Assembly (NCBI GenBank): GCA_964035545.1
Contig: OZ037768.1
Span: 10,262,741-10,326,740, forward strand
From: Bugula neritina
Taxonomy: Eukaryota; Animalia; Bryozoa
Direction: 5' to 3'
Length of the DNA stretch: 64,000 bases
Shown: positions 1 through 13,100 of the stretch, one piece after another
Layout: every line of letters starts with the position of its first letter
Numbering within the stretch: the first letter of the stretch is position 1
Notes under the pieces: generated by a model
Database searches by the model: none
The model's input: the letters and a program-made list of their open reading frames with translations, nothing else
What the model was told of the DNA's origin: nothing
Program-made: the position numbers and the translations under genes

Positions 1-156
1 AAACAGACACTCTCGCACTAACACACACGAACCAATGCACGCACACTCGCACACACATATTATAATAAATGTATATTATTTTCGAGAGGCGGCGATAAAT
101 AAACATCTCACTACGCAATATTATTCTCATGTAAAAGCAGAGCACACAATACCTAC

Positions 157-3100
157 CTGGTACAGACAGCCACCCGTTCGGGATTATGGATAAAATAGCA
201 TTTATCTCCCCTCTTACATTTTCCATAGCGCATATAATACAAACATTGTTTTTCATTTGTGTTATTTTTCTTATACTTTGCACGAATACTCAGGGTTGCA
301 CTCTTTTGCAGATAATGACTACAAAAAAGCAATAATGTTTGAAAAACTAGAATTTCACAAGATGTGGATGCTATGTGTTTCTTTCCACATAAAAGCCCCA
401 AGAATATAAAAAGTTTGAAATTTCTAATGTAAATTTAGTCAACCTATTCAAATACTTTAATGCATTGCTAAAATTACTGCACACATCAACATTACTGCAT
501 ATCCACTTACAGCAAAGATTGCGCACATTATTAATTCTACACATGATAAAAGTTCCGTTGTAGCTGAAACGAAATTATTAATTACACAAAGTTGACTTGA
601 AAAGTTTTACACACGAAGTGAAAATAAAATACCACAGACCTAAATTTGTGACACTGTTTGTAGGTCAACACATGTAAAAAAGCAAGGGTATAAGTCAAAT
701 TAATGCTGATGAGCTCAACAAGTAGCAGATCAGAAACCCACCTTGCTAATTTCCTTAGCACCACTGTTTTGTCACCAGTCCTCCTAGCACTAGATAATGT
801 AGGTGCACCTGCAATATATACATTTAATAAAGATCAAAGTCCAACAGCACACCACCAATTTTTTCACACATCCATTTTACAATTTGATACGGAGAACTTA
901 CCGCCTGTAATAGTTGTAGTAGTACGGCTAACAAGCTTGTGAGGAGACATAAAGGTATATGAAGACCTTAGGTCACTTCTAACCCACTTCAGGCTGCGTC
1001 TATGCGGCTTCTTCTTTAAGGATAACACCTTAATTGGCTTTCTTGTTGCACTAAGTCTATCGATTTTGTACCGATTATGGGTTGTCATGGCAGGTTTACG
1101 ATGGTCAACTTTGAATGGAGATGAGTACTTTCGCTTTTTTAAAAGAGGAGAAGAGCCTTGAGAAGAAAACTTAGCGTGACTTTTCTTCAGCTCAGCAGAT
1201 CTTCTACGTATTTTATACTTAGAAATGATTCGTTTACCTGATTTGGAAAGATGTGGTGAAAATCGGGTTTTGTTTGCCGGCTTAGACCGATTACTCCAAG
1301 AAAGTCGTTTTTTTACAAGTTTATATTTGCCTACTGGCTGTAGTAGTTTCTCTGTTTTATGAGCAGTGACAGTTTGCTTTGGACTGATAAATGGTGACTT
1401 CTGATTTGATATACTAGTGCTTGCAACCACAGCATCTGTAGGTATTGTACAAGACTTTGAATTATTTTGAGAGAGCAAGTTTTTATTCACCCAAACATAT
1501 TTGTTGCTTCTTTGTTTTGTTAGCAGAGATTCTGTAGAAGCAGCTTTGTCATTTGACGATTTTGGCAAATAGCAACACTCATTAGCAGTCACCACCATCG
1601 GTGTCTTAACAAACCTGTGACTTTTAGAACTGAGTGAATGAGAACTTTTGGAACCTGAAGAAATCGGTGACTTGGAAGGCTTTACCACTCTGCGTTGTTG
1701 GATTTGCTGATCAGCTATAAAAATTGTAACTAAAAGGTAAAATGATGTAGACATACAATTAAAGTTACACATAATTATAAGATAAAGGTAATAAAATCTT
1801 GCAAGTCAACCTAGAAATTTTACAGCATTGGCTTCAGTTTGCAATATGAATGGAACCATTAGATTTTATATAAATATATAACTAGTTTCAAATTACATGT
1901 AACCTAAATGTAAAATAATTCTAAATAAAACTTAGTTACTACAAACTACAACAGATTTGATGACTTGTGAACTGTATGCAGAGCCCAAAGTACTTATCTG
2001 GTGATATGGGCCCAGTAATAGGCCTGCGTAGTGAAGGCTAAAATAATCATTCAGCTACTTCATTTAAAATAAACTTTTTAGTGTTCTGCATTGATAGTTT
2101 TGGAGGTGCGACAAGCATTAAAGACCCATAACAGGAATGTCACTGGCTAACACGTATTATGAGCCACCGTGAGCATAGATTTAGGGTGAAAGAACACGAA
2201 TTGGTGGCACTACCTGGAGGCAAAACAGTTCGTGAAGCAGTGGTCCTCCTTTCTGTTAGAGAGTCATGACTCAAGACTTGTCTTTTCGCATTGCTTGCTG
2301 CACAACTTTGACCTCTAGATTGAGTATTTCTGACTAGTGAATATTTACTAGAAGTCGGTGGTCTGTGGTATGTGTGTGTCTGGTCTCTACAAACAATGTT
2401 TATGCTGTAAAGCTGCATTTATACCTTTACTGAAAAAATTTCGAAGTTTTAGTTAATATCACTAATCCGAGTGCCTCTTTATAGTTTTACTGAAAATTGT
2501 CAAAATCATATTGAGGCAGAAACTCACTTTATAATATTGAAATATAACTCGCTCAATCGCTATTTAATATCTTTAGAAAACGTAATGAATTAGTTGAGTT
2601 GACAGCATAAAAGCAATAATTTAATTAATAGAGGCAGCCGATATAATTATAAACATGAATACCGATATCTTCAAAGAGTTATCATTCCCGTTAATTGTTA
2701 TTCTGAAACCGACCGATAAAGTTATCACAAATCAAAAGTTTTGACGAGTGGCCTTTACAATGCAATGCAACTCGGTGAAATTTCAACTTGGCCAAATTGA
2801 ATTTCCGACTGAAAATTGTGAAGTAAAACTGCAACTTTACTCAAATATAAAAAATGCATAAAATTATATAATTTCGGAGTCCTAATATTTGTTATAATAT
2901 ATTACCTGAACCGCTGACTGAGAGTTTGTTGCGAGTTATGAGGTCTTTTTGCTGCAATTTGATTGTGATTTCGTATAGCAGCTAAAATAAAATATCAATA
3001 ACTGAAACAACATTGCAACTTAAAAACAAGCAGCATATATAATTACCATGACTATACTCTTAACATGAACGTTGGTTTTCCCAAAATCTGTTTACCTACT

Positions 3101-3266
3101 ACATATATTTTATAATTTAAATTATTGCCTGGCAAGCAAGTAGACACCCAGATCAAGAAATAGTCTTCCGGTGGAAGTAATATAAACAAGCAATATATGT
3201 AACATTGTAATTACCTGAATAATATGCAATTTCTTTCATCAGCCTCTCGTTATCATTCTCAGGCAT
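157..3266 (-). CDS. ZC3H3: Zinc finger CCCH domain-containing protein 3 (5' part; continues past left edge)
   Basis: Phase-consistent GT-AG exons: 3266-3215 (MPENDNERLMKEIAYYS), 2981-2906, 2386-2214, 1714-902 (K/R/S-rich), 808-742, 318-157. The last exons give LASHYLQKSATLSIRAK...QCLYYMRYGKCKRGDKCYFIHNPERVAVCTR, matching the recalled first CCCH finger region of ZC3H3 (YCMYYNRFGRCNRGERCPYIHDPEKVAVCTR). Confidence 0.9.
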
Positions 3267-3679
3267 CTTAGCCAAGCTAAATTATAAATATGTTACATTT
3301 GTAGCATCTATCTATTCAGAAAACCATAAATTCATCAAGTTCATTAGTACAAATATATCCAAAAACTGATTTAATATATCCAACGCCAAAAAATAATATT
3401 TAAAATATCAACTTATTTCAAATAATTAGGTTATAAATTTGGCGAAATAATGGTATAAAATAAGAAAGCAGCCGCAGCAAATGTGATTTTATAAGTTTGA
3501 AAAAATGACAACATGCAATGCAACAACACTTTATTTAGTTGAGTCGGTTCAGACATGAATCTCATCAGCAACTTTTTGCTCAAATGGTATGACATAATGA
3601 AAAAGATCAGGTTCTACTAAGGTTTCACATACTTTGCTGATAGAAAAATCTCTTAAAACTGACTAAATAAGTATATATT

Positions 3680-4620
3680 TCAATGGATACACAAATTTTT
3701 AACCAACATGCTATAAAAAGTGACACCAAATGACATAAAGCCAGGCAGTCTTGCTATCCCATTCCACGTGCTAAAAAAAGCAGTCCTTGCTAATAGGCTG
3801 CTGTTGATCTAAATTATTAAAGGCATTTTAGATAAAGATTAATCTCTTCACAGAATAAACCTTTTATGTACATAGGACACACTTCTCTTTTAACCCAACC
3901 TGAATCGCTTTTATTTATAGGCAAAAGGAGTGGGCACGGGCTTTTATGATGCAAGTGCAGAAACAGATAAAGTTGGAAAAGCCTGATTTCTAGGAGAGAA
4001 ATATCACAAATAAAAGTATGTTTCGTAAACCTTTCAACTTAAACCACAAAGCCAAGGTTCATAAAAGAAATCAAAGAACTTGACCTATTGAAAATTGAAT
4101 CTTATTCCGAAAGGCCTTTTAATTCTTATCTAACAAGTCAAATCTGGTAAGACATGACGACATTAGTAAAGCACATTTAAATACTGACGCCAAGCAAACT
4201 GCTGAACATCCGAGTCCCACCTTCAATGCGTCATTACGCTAGTGAAAGCTTCCAAAAAAGCTGGAAGGCAGCTAATATTTCTCCTCTATGCAAGTCTAGA
4301 CTAAAAGAAGGTTTTCAAAACTATCGCCTTGTATCCTTAACCAGTACCCCTCCTCTTGAGATCTCTGCTTGAAATCATTGACAAAGTATTAAGTAATCGA
4401 CAGCATGGCTTTAGAAAAGGTCTCTTCTATGAAACGCAATTGTGTGCTACAATGTGAGATATTCTGCAAGCTGTTGATAATAAACAGAGTGTTTATACTG
4501 CTGCTGTATATTTCTCAAAAGCATTCAATAGTCTGCCCCATGCACTACTGAGGCATAAACTTTCTATGTTTGCTGATCTTGATGACTACCTAATTAGCAA
4601 AGGGCCACAGCATCCTCAAT
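3680..4620 (+). mobile_element. Decayed non-LTR retrotransposon ORF2 (CR1/L2-like reverse transcriptase) fragment
   Basis: Broken-frame RT motifs: NYRLVSLTS (~4319), QHGFRKGLFYETQL (~4400), FSKAFNSLPHALLRHKL (~4511); many stops and frameshifts; boundaries approximate. Confidence 0.8.
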
Positions 4621-4764
4621 TGTTTGCATATAAGACTATGTCTACCACATCTAAAATATGCTTCTGCTATCTAGGACCCGGTTTTTAAAGTGACGTTGCC
4701 AGTTTGGAAAGTATTCAGTCAGAGGCTGTTCGATGCATGTGAATGTGGACGGGAAGATTCTAAT

Positions 4765-5260
4765 AAAATAACAATTAATATAATTATTATATTCACTATG
4801 ACTCTTAGTCTTAGTATTAGTATTATAATTATATACATTAGGCTGATTATCATTATCTCTATGGTGATGGATCAAAATGATGCTGAATTTAATAATAGTA
4901 ATGATAGAATTAATCATATTCGATATGAATTTTATAATCATCATGTTTACTCTTAGAATTATTTATTATTCTCTATCACTGTGATTACATTTACATTTAT
5001 AATCAAAATCATTGTAATGATTATACTTATAGTTATTAATCATTGATTATCAACATGAGTATCATTATTACTACTACTACTACTAGTGTTACTATTACTA
5101 TTAGTATTATCACTATTAATAATTATTTTTTCAATTGATAATACTTATACTAATAGTATTAATATTATCAATTGAAAAAATAAAAGACAAATTGAAATTT
5201 AACAATCCTCATCCTGATCCTGGCTAGTAAAAATATCATTATGATTATGATTATGATCAA
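4765..5260. repeat. Low-complexity ATT/ATC/AGT 3-/6-periodic tract
   Basis: Degenerate (ATT/ACT/AGT)n; gives spurious Ile-rich ORFs on both strands. A similar tract lies at ~5960-6235. Confidence 0.75.
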
Positions 5261-7192
5261 GTTTCAGTTTAAGGCATTGCAGTAAAACTACATGTAATGA
5301 CTAATCACTGTATGTCAGCTGTTTTAAATCGAAAAAATCGATCTTCTATTTGAATTTCAAAATGTTTACATGAATTTGGTCATGGTCATTGAACTGGAAA
5401 CATATTTGAGTTCATGGGTCATGGTGATTAAAATCCGCTTGCAGTAGCACCGAGTTGGTAGCCACTGAGTGTCACAGGATGCCTCGAGTTTGTCGTTTGG
5501 ACAACGACGTGTATGCAAATCCTAAACTCAGTCACTCTCAACTCGGTGCTATTTCTAGCGATATTTATATAATTACGGTTAGACTGATTCGCCTAAACTT
5601 TGCGGGACCATAAATTCATAAAAACATTTTCACAAGTGCACAACTCTGGACTGCGTAAACTTTACGTATGCAGGTAAAGTTGTGCTTATGCTGTTGAATT
5701 GTTTCAGAACAAACTCAGCTAAACCTATAATACCATTTATGCGCAACAAATTTAAACTGTGCAAGCTGGAGGAAAATTGAAATGTCTTGGTCTACGACAC
5801 GATAATGTTCACAATAATCGATTACGATATGAATTAGAATATCACTAATAACAATGATAATGACAATCATATTATATATTATATTTGAATTGATTTGTTT
5901 CAATAATTGATGCAATGTATTACACATTTGTAGTTATACTTATAGTTCCAGTTTGTTATAGAAAAACTTAAACATCTTCATGTTTATTGTTATTTTCATT
6001 TTGATTTTAATCTTCAATTTCATATATTTCTAATTTTATGATCCTCATCCTGGTCCTGCAGTTGCTCCCACTTACTAGAACCAAGCCATTAGTAATACTA
6101 ATAGTAATACTGTATTATTATTAGGATTAGTATTAGTATTAGTAATAGTAAATGTAATACTAATAGTAATACTAATACTAATAGTGAGTGATACTAATAC
6201 TAATAGTAATGGTAATACTAATAGTAGTACTAATTTAATTAAAACTTGAATACTGAATAGACAACAATCTTGAAAATGTCATCGTTTAAAGTTCAAATGG
6301 CGTTACTATTAGTATTTGTTTTTGAGTAGTTGTTCACGTTAAATTTGATGTTTTAAATAATAAACTCACTTTAAATATTGCTATCAGTTTCATTATTAAT
6401 ATTATGGAAGAAATGTATTTTAATTTATTCATTATTGTTACAAATTAAAATTGAAATATATCTATATAAGTTTGTCAATATTACTATAAGGATAACTATA
6501 AGATGTAAATCATTATTAATATGAATATGTATCATCTTCATTGGTAATTACATTTTGACTTTCACTTAAGACTTCCTATTACTATTTGTATTAGATTTAG
6601 TGTTGCTATCAGTATTACTATTAGACTTGGCTTAGTATAAGTCTCAGATGTTAATCATAATTTTATATTTATTTACTTTATTAGTTCATGAACTCATGAA
6701 GTGTTGTTCACTGTCAAGGGCGGTTTTTTTTTTTAGTAGCGGTGCAGGCGTGTTTATACTGATAGTAGATTCTGATCTCAAATTGATATTCTTCAAGTTT
6801 AGATTTATGAGTAATAATTAAATTTAATATAAATAATATATTTATAAATGTAACTTAGTAATACTAATTAGCCACAAAGTCAAATAAGCTGCTTCAACAC
6901 AAATAAGACTAAGTTGATAATTTTTAAAATACTCGAAACTTGGTAGTCATTTATAGGCTTGTTACACTCCTACCAATGTATAAAACCTACAGCTTTTAGC
7001 CTAAGCCATTATTGGGTGTACAATGCAGACGCTCCAAGTTACTGGCTAATTTTAAAACCTCTCATATGAAAAACATATTGTTAATTTTACATTAGCTACC
7101 ATTTCATCTCTGTTTCTTTCTAGCTACTTGCAATTGCAGTAATAACTAATATGCTTTCATTGTGTGTATATTGTCCAAGATTTGCTGCTAAA

Positions 7193-10100
7193 ATGGAGCC
7201 TGGTGATAACACTGAAATCATCAATATGAAAAAAGACTTTCAAAAATTTGTTAGTGGAAATGATGGCAGCAAGAGATCTAGACTAGATTTCTCAGATAAT
7301 AGTATTTTAGATTCATCTCTAGCATCACTCCATAAATCCTATAACCAAGGTGAGAATAGCCTCTAATGACTTTTAGCCTATGTCTAATGTCATTTTATAT
7401 TCATTTGGCTCCTTAATTTTAAAATGGTTAGAATTATTAAATGTTTATTTTTACATTCTCTTTTTATAGATTGCGAGACTTTGAAAATTAAAAGTGATCT
7501 CGTTTATTGTAAAAGTCGTATCGGTATGCTAGAGTCTCAACTTCACAACAAAGACACAGAGTTGCAGGAGCGAGCTGTATTGCATGAAAGAGAAATCTCC
7601 GAGCTGAAGCGAGCTCATGATGTGAGTTAAGCTGTCACATAATCATTAATAATTATGATGCCTGTGTCTTATAATTGAAAAGACAAAAGAAGTAATCACA
7701 TATATGCTATATACTTGTAAAATACAATCTTTCAGCGAGAGCTCCGAGGCTATTCAGTGCTAAAAACATCTCATGAAAGGGTGCTTCACCGGCAAGAGAT
7801 GTGCGAGACAGAGCTTGAAGATGAAAAGGCTACTGTTTCTCATTTGAAGAATGTCTATGACAAAAAGCTACTAGAATTGCACCAACTGAATATAGACCAG
7901 GATATTGCAAATACGCAGGTATAAATTCATATCTGTATATATAGACTATACTGTAAGCTCCTGGAGACAACCATTTTTTTACATCATATAATTAAAATTA
8001 CGTTGGTAAAATTTCGTAAGCCTCTAATAGTTTTAAATTTGCCTAAATGCTTACAAATATGACAATGCCTTATGTCCTATGCAGCTAGTTTATAATTCGT
8101 AGATTGTTCACACTTGACATTTTGACAGATTGGGCTTAAAGATTGAACTCACTTTTCAAGTATTGTCAAAAACAATTTAAATCCAGTCACCATCAATCAT
8201 TATTTATTACTTTTGCTACAATGGTTTTCTAATATATTATTTGACTTGTGTTTATTTTTCTTTGAAGTTACTAGAGGAACAGAAAGCTAAATGCAGAGAA
8301 TTAAAAAATGAAAAGCTCACTTTACAAGCAGACCTTTCAGTTGCAAACTCTGAACTTTCTTTGCTGAAAGACCAACTTGCCGATCTAAAAAAGTGAGTAA
8401 TTTTAAATTTTATGATGTTTATGAGCTGTTAGCAAAATAAATAGCAGAGCTGAAAAGTTCAAGTGTTTCCACCTTTTTTTTTAAGTTTAAAGTTGTAATA
8501 CCGTGTTTCTTTTTCACAAAATTTCTGATTCTATATTCTAAAAGACTATTATTTTTCCTCTCATTTCTAAACAGTTTATATAACTATATGTTAATACATA
8601 CCTGAAGGCTTGTGGTGAGTTTTACTTGCTTATTTACAAAGTAATCAGCTGATTATTGTATGCAAGATAAGATGAAGTTATGAAAGTTTTGATGTTTTTT
8701 CCTCTAAGTAGAATAAGGATTATGTGGGGAAACAACTCTAGAATGCTAGCCTTGTTTCTGCATGACTAAAAATGAGATAACTAATTGTTTTACTGTGTTT
8801 TCTTTATCAACTTTAGTCATGCCACTGACAGAACTACAAAATTTGGGTAAAACTTTTTGTAATATTGTTTCATTCTGCTATTCACCTTGGTTATAAACGA
8901 ATGGTTAGTCATTCATTTTATGTTTCAATTTTATAGAAACAGTATTTAGTCTGATAGTTTTTATATTCCACTATATCAATTTGCCTGTTAATATTTATTG
9001 CGTTCGGCAGTGTCATTAAAATTGCATTCCATTTAGATTTATCCAGATCTCAAAATTCAGCTTTGCCAAGTTAATTCTCAGCACAGCGTTGTATGTTTTC
9101 TTCAAATCTGCAATTTGTACCATATGAAGGTCTACTACTCTCTCATTCTCTGTGGATAATTTGTAGACAAACATTGCTGACACTGTGGGGTGCCTTTCTT
9201 AAAATTTAAAATTTATTATTCTACTTTTTGTATTTATTTAGTTTTTTTTTTCTATTAGCGACTAAATGCGAAATATTTTGACTGGAAATGATAATAATTG
9301 GCATAATTTTTTTCAATTTTGTTTATTTGAAATCTTTTTTTTTTTATAGAAAATTGAATGATTCTTTAAACAACAGTACAGAGTCTGAAGAATGGAAAAC
9401 AAGAGCTACAAAGGCTGAGGAGAAACTGAAAGAGGTGCAGACAGAGTTGGATAGGCATCAAGAAGACATACTTGTAATGTCTGCCAGAAAAAAGGATTTG
9501 GCTCGACTAAATCAAATTTCTGAGGAAAATAAAACTCTAAACAGACAGGTTATGTTTTATAAGTAAGTTATTTAATTGAATACTCGATTTCACAGTCTTA
9601 GTACTCAGATATACTATCTTATTGCTTCAAGGAGGCAGGAAGCGGTAACAAAATCTGTCACCTATTCATCCAAAGTCACAATTGGTTAGATTAAAAGTAG
9701 CACTAGAAATTATAGGAATTTCTTTAAAAGAAGTATATAGCACACATTGAAAGCTGGTTTTAATAAAATTTCACTAGCTGCAATCTACTTGAAGATTTTC
9801 ACAAAAATCATTCCTGGTTGTAACATGGTGTTTCAGTCTGCTTAGTTTACAGAGCCACGGTGGACAATGTTGAAGTTATGAAAGAGAAGGTCAGGACGCT
9901 GGAAAGGCAACTGGTAGTTCATGAACAATTGCAGAGTCAATTTGCTGCATTGCAAGTAGAAAATGAGGTAAACATCACAGTTGCTGACTCCAGCATTATG
10001 ACAATATCATATTTAACTGTAGATATAATTACAAGTAGTCTACATCAACGTTAAAAAGGTATTGCTCTCTTTTTCCATGTAGTAATTAGGTGAGTTGCCC

Positions 10101-13100
10101 TAAATCTGGCAATTATTGTCCTTTAGGTAAGCATACTGATCTGTAGCAAGCATAATGCCCCTTAAATGACCTTGTGGTGAACACTAAAAATTGATTGGGG
10201 AACTTATTCCATAAACTATTGAAATTTTACAAATAAAAATGTTTTTAGCACATTTTATGGAGCAATTTATGCTAGTGCTATTATGTATCAAAATATGAGA
10301 ATGCAATGCTAGAGAAAGATGGTAAGAAAGGCTGAGCAGCAATTACTGACTTAGTTATTTACACAATCATATGTATGATATATCCACAGTGAAATAGTTG
10401 GAAATGTCAGAGTGATATTCTCTCTTCCTAATCTGTTTCTTGTAAATAAAAGTGTGTAAATGTTTTGTAATGTAGGTGTAAATCTTTTAAATCACCCATA
10501 TTTCTATTTAAATGATGTATTTTAGGTCAACAGAGCAAAGTTGGTGGAAGTGCAAAGCAAGCAGTAAGTTCAGTTTTTATCGGTTTCTGTTGATTTTTAC
10601 AGATATGTTTTATAACAAGCTTATGGGAGAAATAGTAGAAATCATTTTAAAATGTCCTATATGGAAACTAATTGCCCATAAAGTTATGGGTTGATTTAAT
10701 GTATATTGCTAAGAAGCTGTGTTTGATTTTTTTTTAATTTTGTGTTGGTTCTCGAAATCTTGTAAAATTACGCTTGTGTTTGTTGAAAATTAATTGGAAT
10801 GTCTGAAAAGTTGCTAATTGTAAGACAATACCTTCCTATCTATAGGATTGCACATTGCGGTCTGGTTTACGTGGTGCTATAAATAGTTTACTGGTTGTAG
10901 GATACCTGAAGATACTTTAATAAGGTTACATGAAGCTCAGAAAAAAGAAGCTGTTATGTTAGAGAACATTGGTGAACTTAAATCCAGGTAATGCTGATGA
11001 CATTATTCTCTTAGCATTGGCCAATCAGTCACTATATTTTCCATAAGAAATTAGTTTACTACCCTCAACTATTCTCAAAATCTTGGCGGTTTGTAGAACC
11101 AAGTGATTTTTGACTAAGAGTGGCTTTGCTGTACTGAAGTTTCCATTGTGTATTTTTATCACTTTGTTTAACAATACTAATATACAGGAATGTGCTGCTC
11201 GAATCCCAAGTAAAAGATTTGGAAAATGCCGCAACAACTCTCAAATCTAAGCTCTCCGGTGCCGGTGAAGATGGTCAAATGAAATCTAAACAAATGCAGA
11301 AGCTACAAAGAAATTTAATTCTTTTGACAAAGGTATAAATAAATGTCCACTTAGCAAGAAGGGTCCTCTAGTGTATTATTTATTCTTCAAATCCCTGCAA
11401 CTAATAAATTTAATATTGGCTGATTTTTTGCTAAATGATTCTTTTTGCATAATGCTGTTGTGTTCATTTAGTGATGCTGACACTGCATGCTCTAAATAGT
11501 GTCCATACCAATTATTCAATGGCTGTTCGTTTTCATCAATACCTTTTAACACCTCAGAGGAAATGTAGAACTGTCTCTATTTAAGATAGCTGCATTTATG
11601 AAGCGTATGTGATATGTATGTTGTATTAACATAAGCACGCATCTCCTGAATATACACATAAATGCATGCAACATTGTTATCAGGAAAGGGACGGCTACAA
11701 AAAGATCCTAGAATCGTACGAGAGTGAAGTGACTAGGGAAGTTGTCCCTCATGCTAATGATAAAATGAATCAGCTTCAGCAAATGGTGAATAACTACTCC
11801 ACTGCCTATGCAGAGCTAGAAAATCAGGCACAGGCTAATGAGCAGGAGATAGCAAGTCTAAAAGGAACAATCGAACAGGTAGCTGTAGCTAAAGTTGTTA
11901 GCTAGGGGGAAACTTCAGTTATAAAGTCAAAAAGTAGATATTGTTTGTAAAATACCAAATTTGTGATAATGTTTTCTTGAGCTAAATTGATTGTTTGGGC
12001 TAAAAATTCAAGAAAATGTTTAGCAGTTTTATATATAGTCTTGCTTATGATGTATTTTCCAACAGTTGGAATCTGCTCAAGCTAGCAGATCTGTTGAGGA
12101 ACCTAAACCGGCTACGTTGGCAAAACAGCTGGAGACTGAGCAACTTCTTCAACTTCGACAAAAGATTGAAGACTTGGAGAAGACATGTGAAAAGCTTTCA
12201 GAGGATAAAGAAATTTTGGAAATGAGAATTGAGCAAAGGAACATGCAGGTTTGTACTAACATTTGGTTGAAGTAATAATACACTCGGTATAAAAAAAACT
12301 AGCAAAAGTTTATAGTTGCCATTCCTGTGCGAAACCCCTGGTATTTCGAAAGGGTGTTTTTTTAAAGCTTTAATAAGCTCTGTATGCTGTTGATTTATTG
12401 GTAAGATTTTAGGCTAGAAGTTTGAGACTTGACACAATTGCAGTGGCTAGTAACTGTAATGGCATGGGGTTTGCAAACACATTTTAAATGTTGTAAATTC
12501 TTACAGGGGGATTACGACCCAACTAAAACAAAGGTCCTGCATTTTACGAGAAACCCTCTGTCGAATGCTCAGATGACCAAAGCAGAAGAAGTGAAAATCT
12601 TACGAGAAGAGCAGATTAAGCTCAGAGAGAGAATTCGAGTGCTAGAGAGGAATTTGTCTGAGGCTCATGACATAACGGCACAAGTAGATAAAAATCTTGG
12701 CTCAGTGTCAGCTTCTGAGTCTAAGCAACTTAAAGGTAGTCTATTTTAAGATATGAACCTGTATTGATAATCTAAACTCATAGTTGGTCAGTAGACATCC
12801 ACATCCTGCTATACTTCATTGTGATAAGTTTGCCTAACTGTTTAGTGTACATCTAGTACTGCTAGTACTAGTATTAGTAGTACTAGTATTAGTAGTATTA
12901 GTAGTACTAGTATTAGTAGTATTAGTAGTACTAGTATTAGTAGTATTAGTAGTACTATTATTAGTATTAGTAGTACTAGTATTAGTAGTACTGCTAGTAC
13001 TAGTAATAGAACTGCTAGTACTAGTAACACTAGTACTAGTATTACTAATACTAGTACTAGTAGTATCATTACTAACACTAATGCTACTTGTCTGAGATTA

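Noticed and set aside
705-740. Hammerhead ribozyme core (CTGATGAG...GAAAC)
   Set aside because: Stem II does not close directly onto GAAA and no flanking stems are evident.
12842-13078. Hydrophobic Leu/Ile/Val ORF resembling a membrane peptide
   Set aside because: Translation of an intronic microsatellite.
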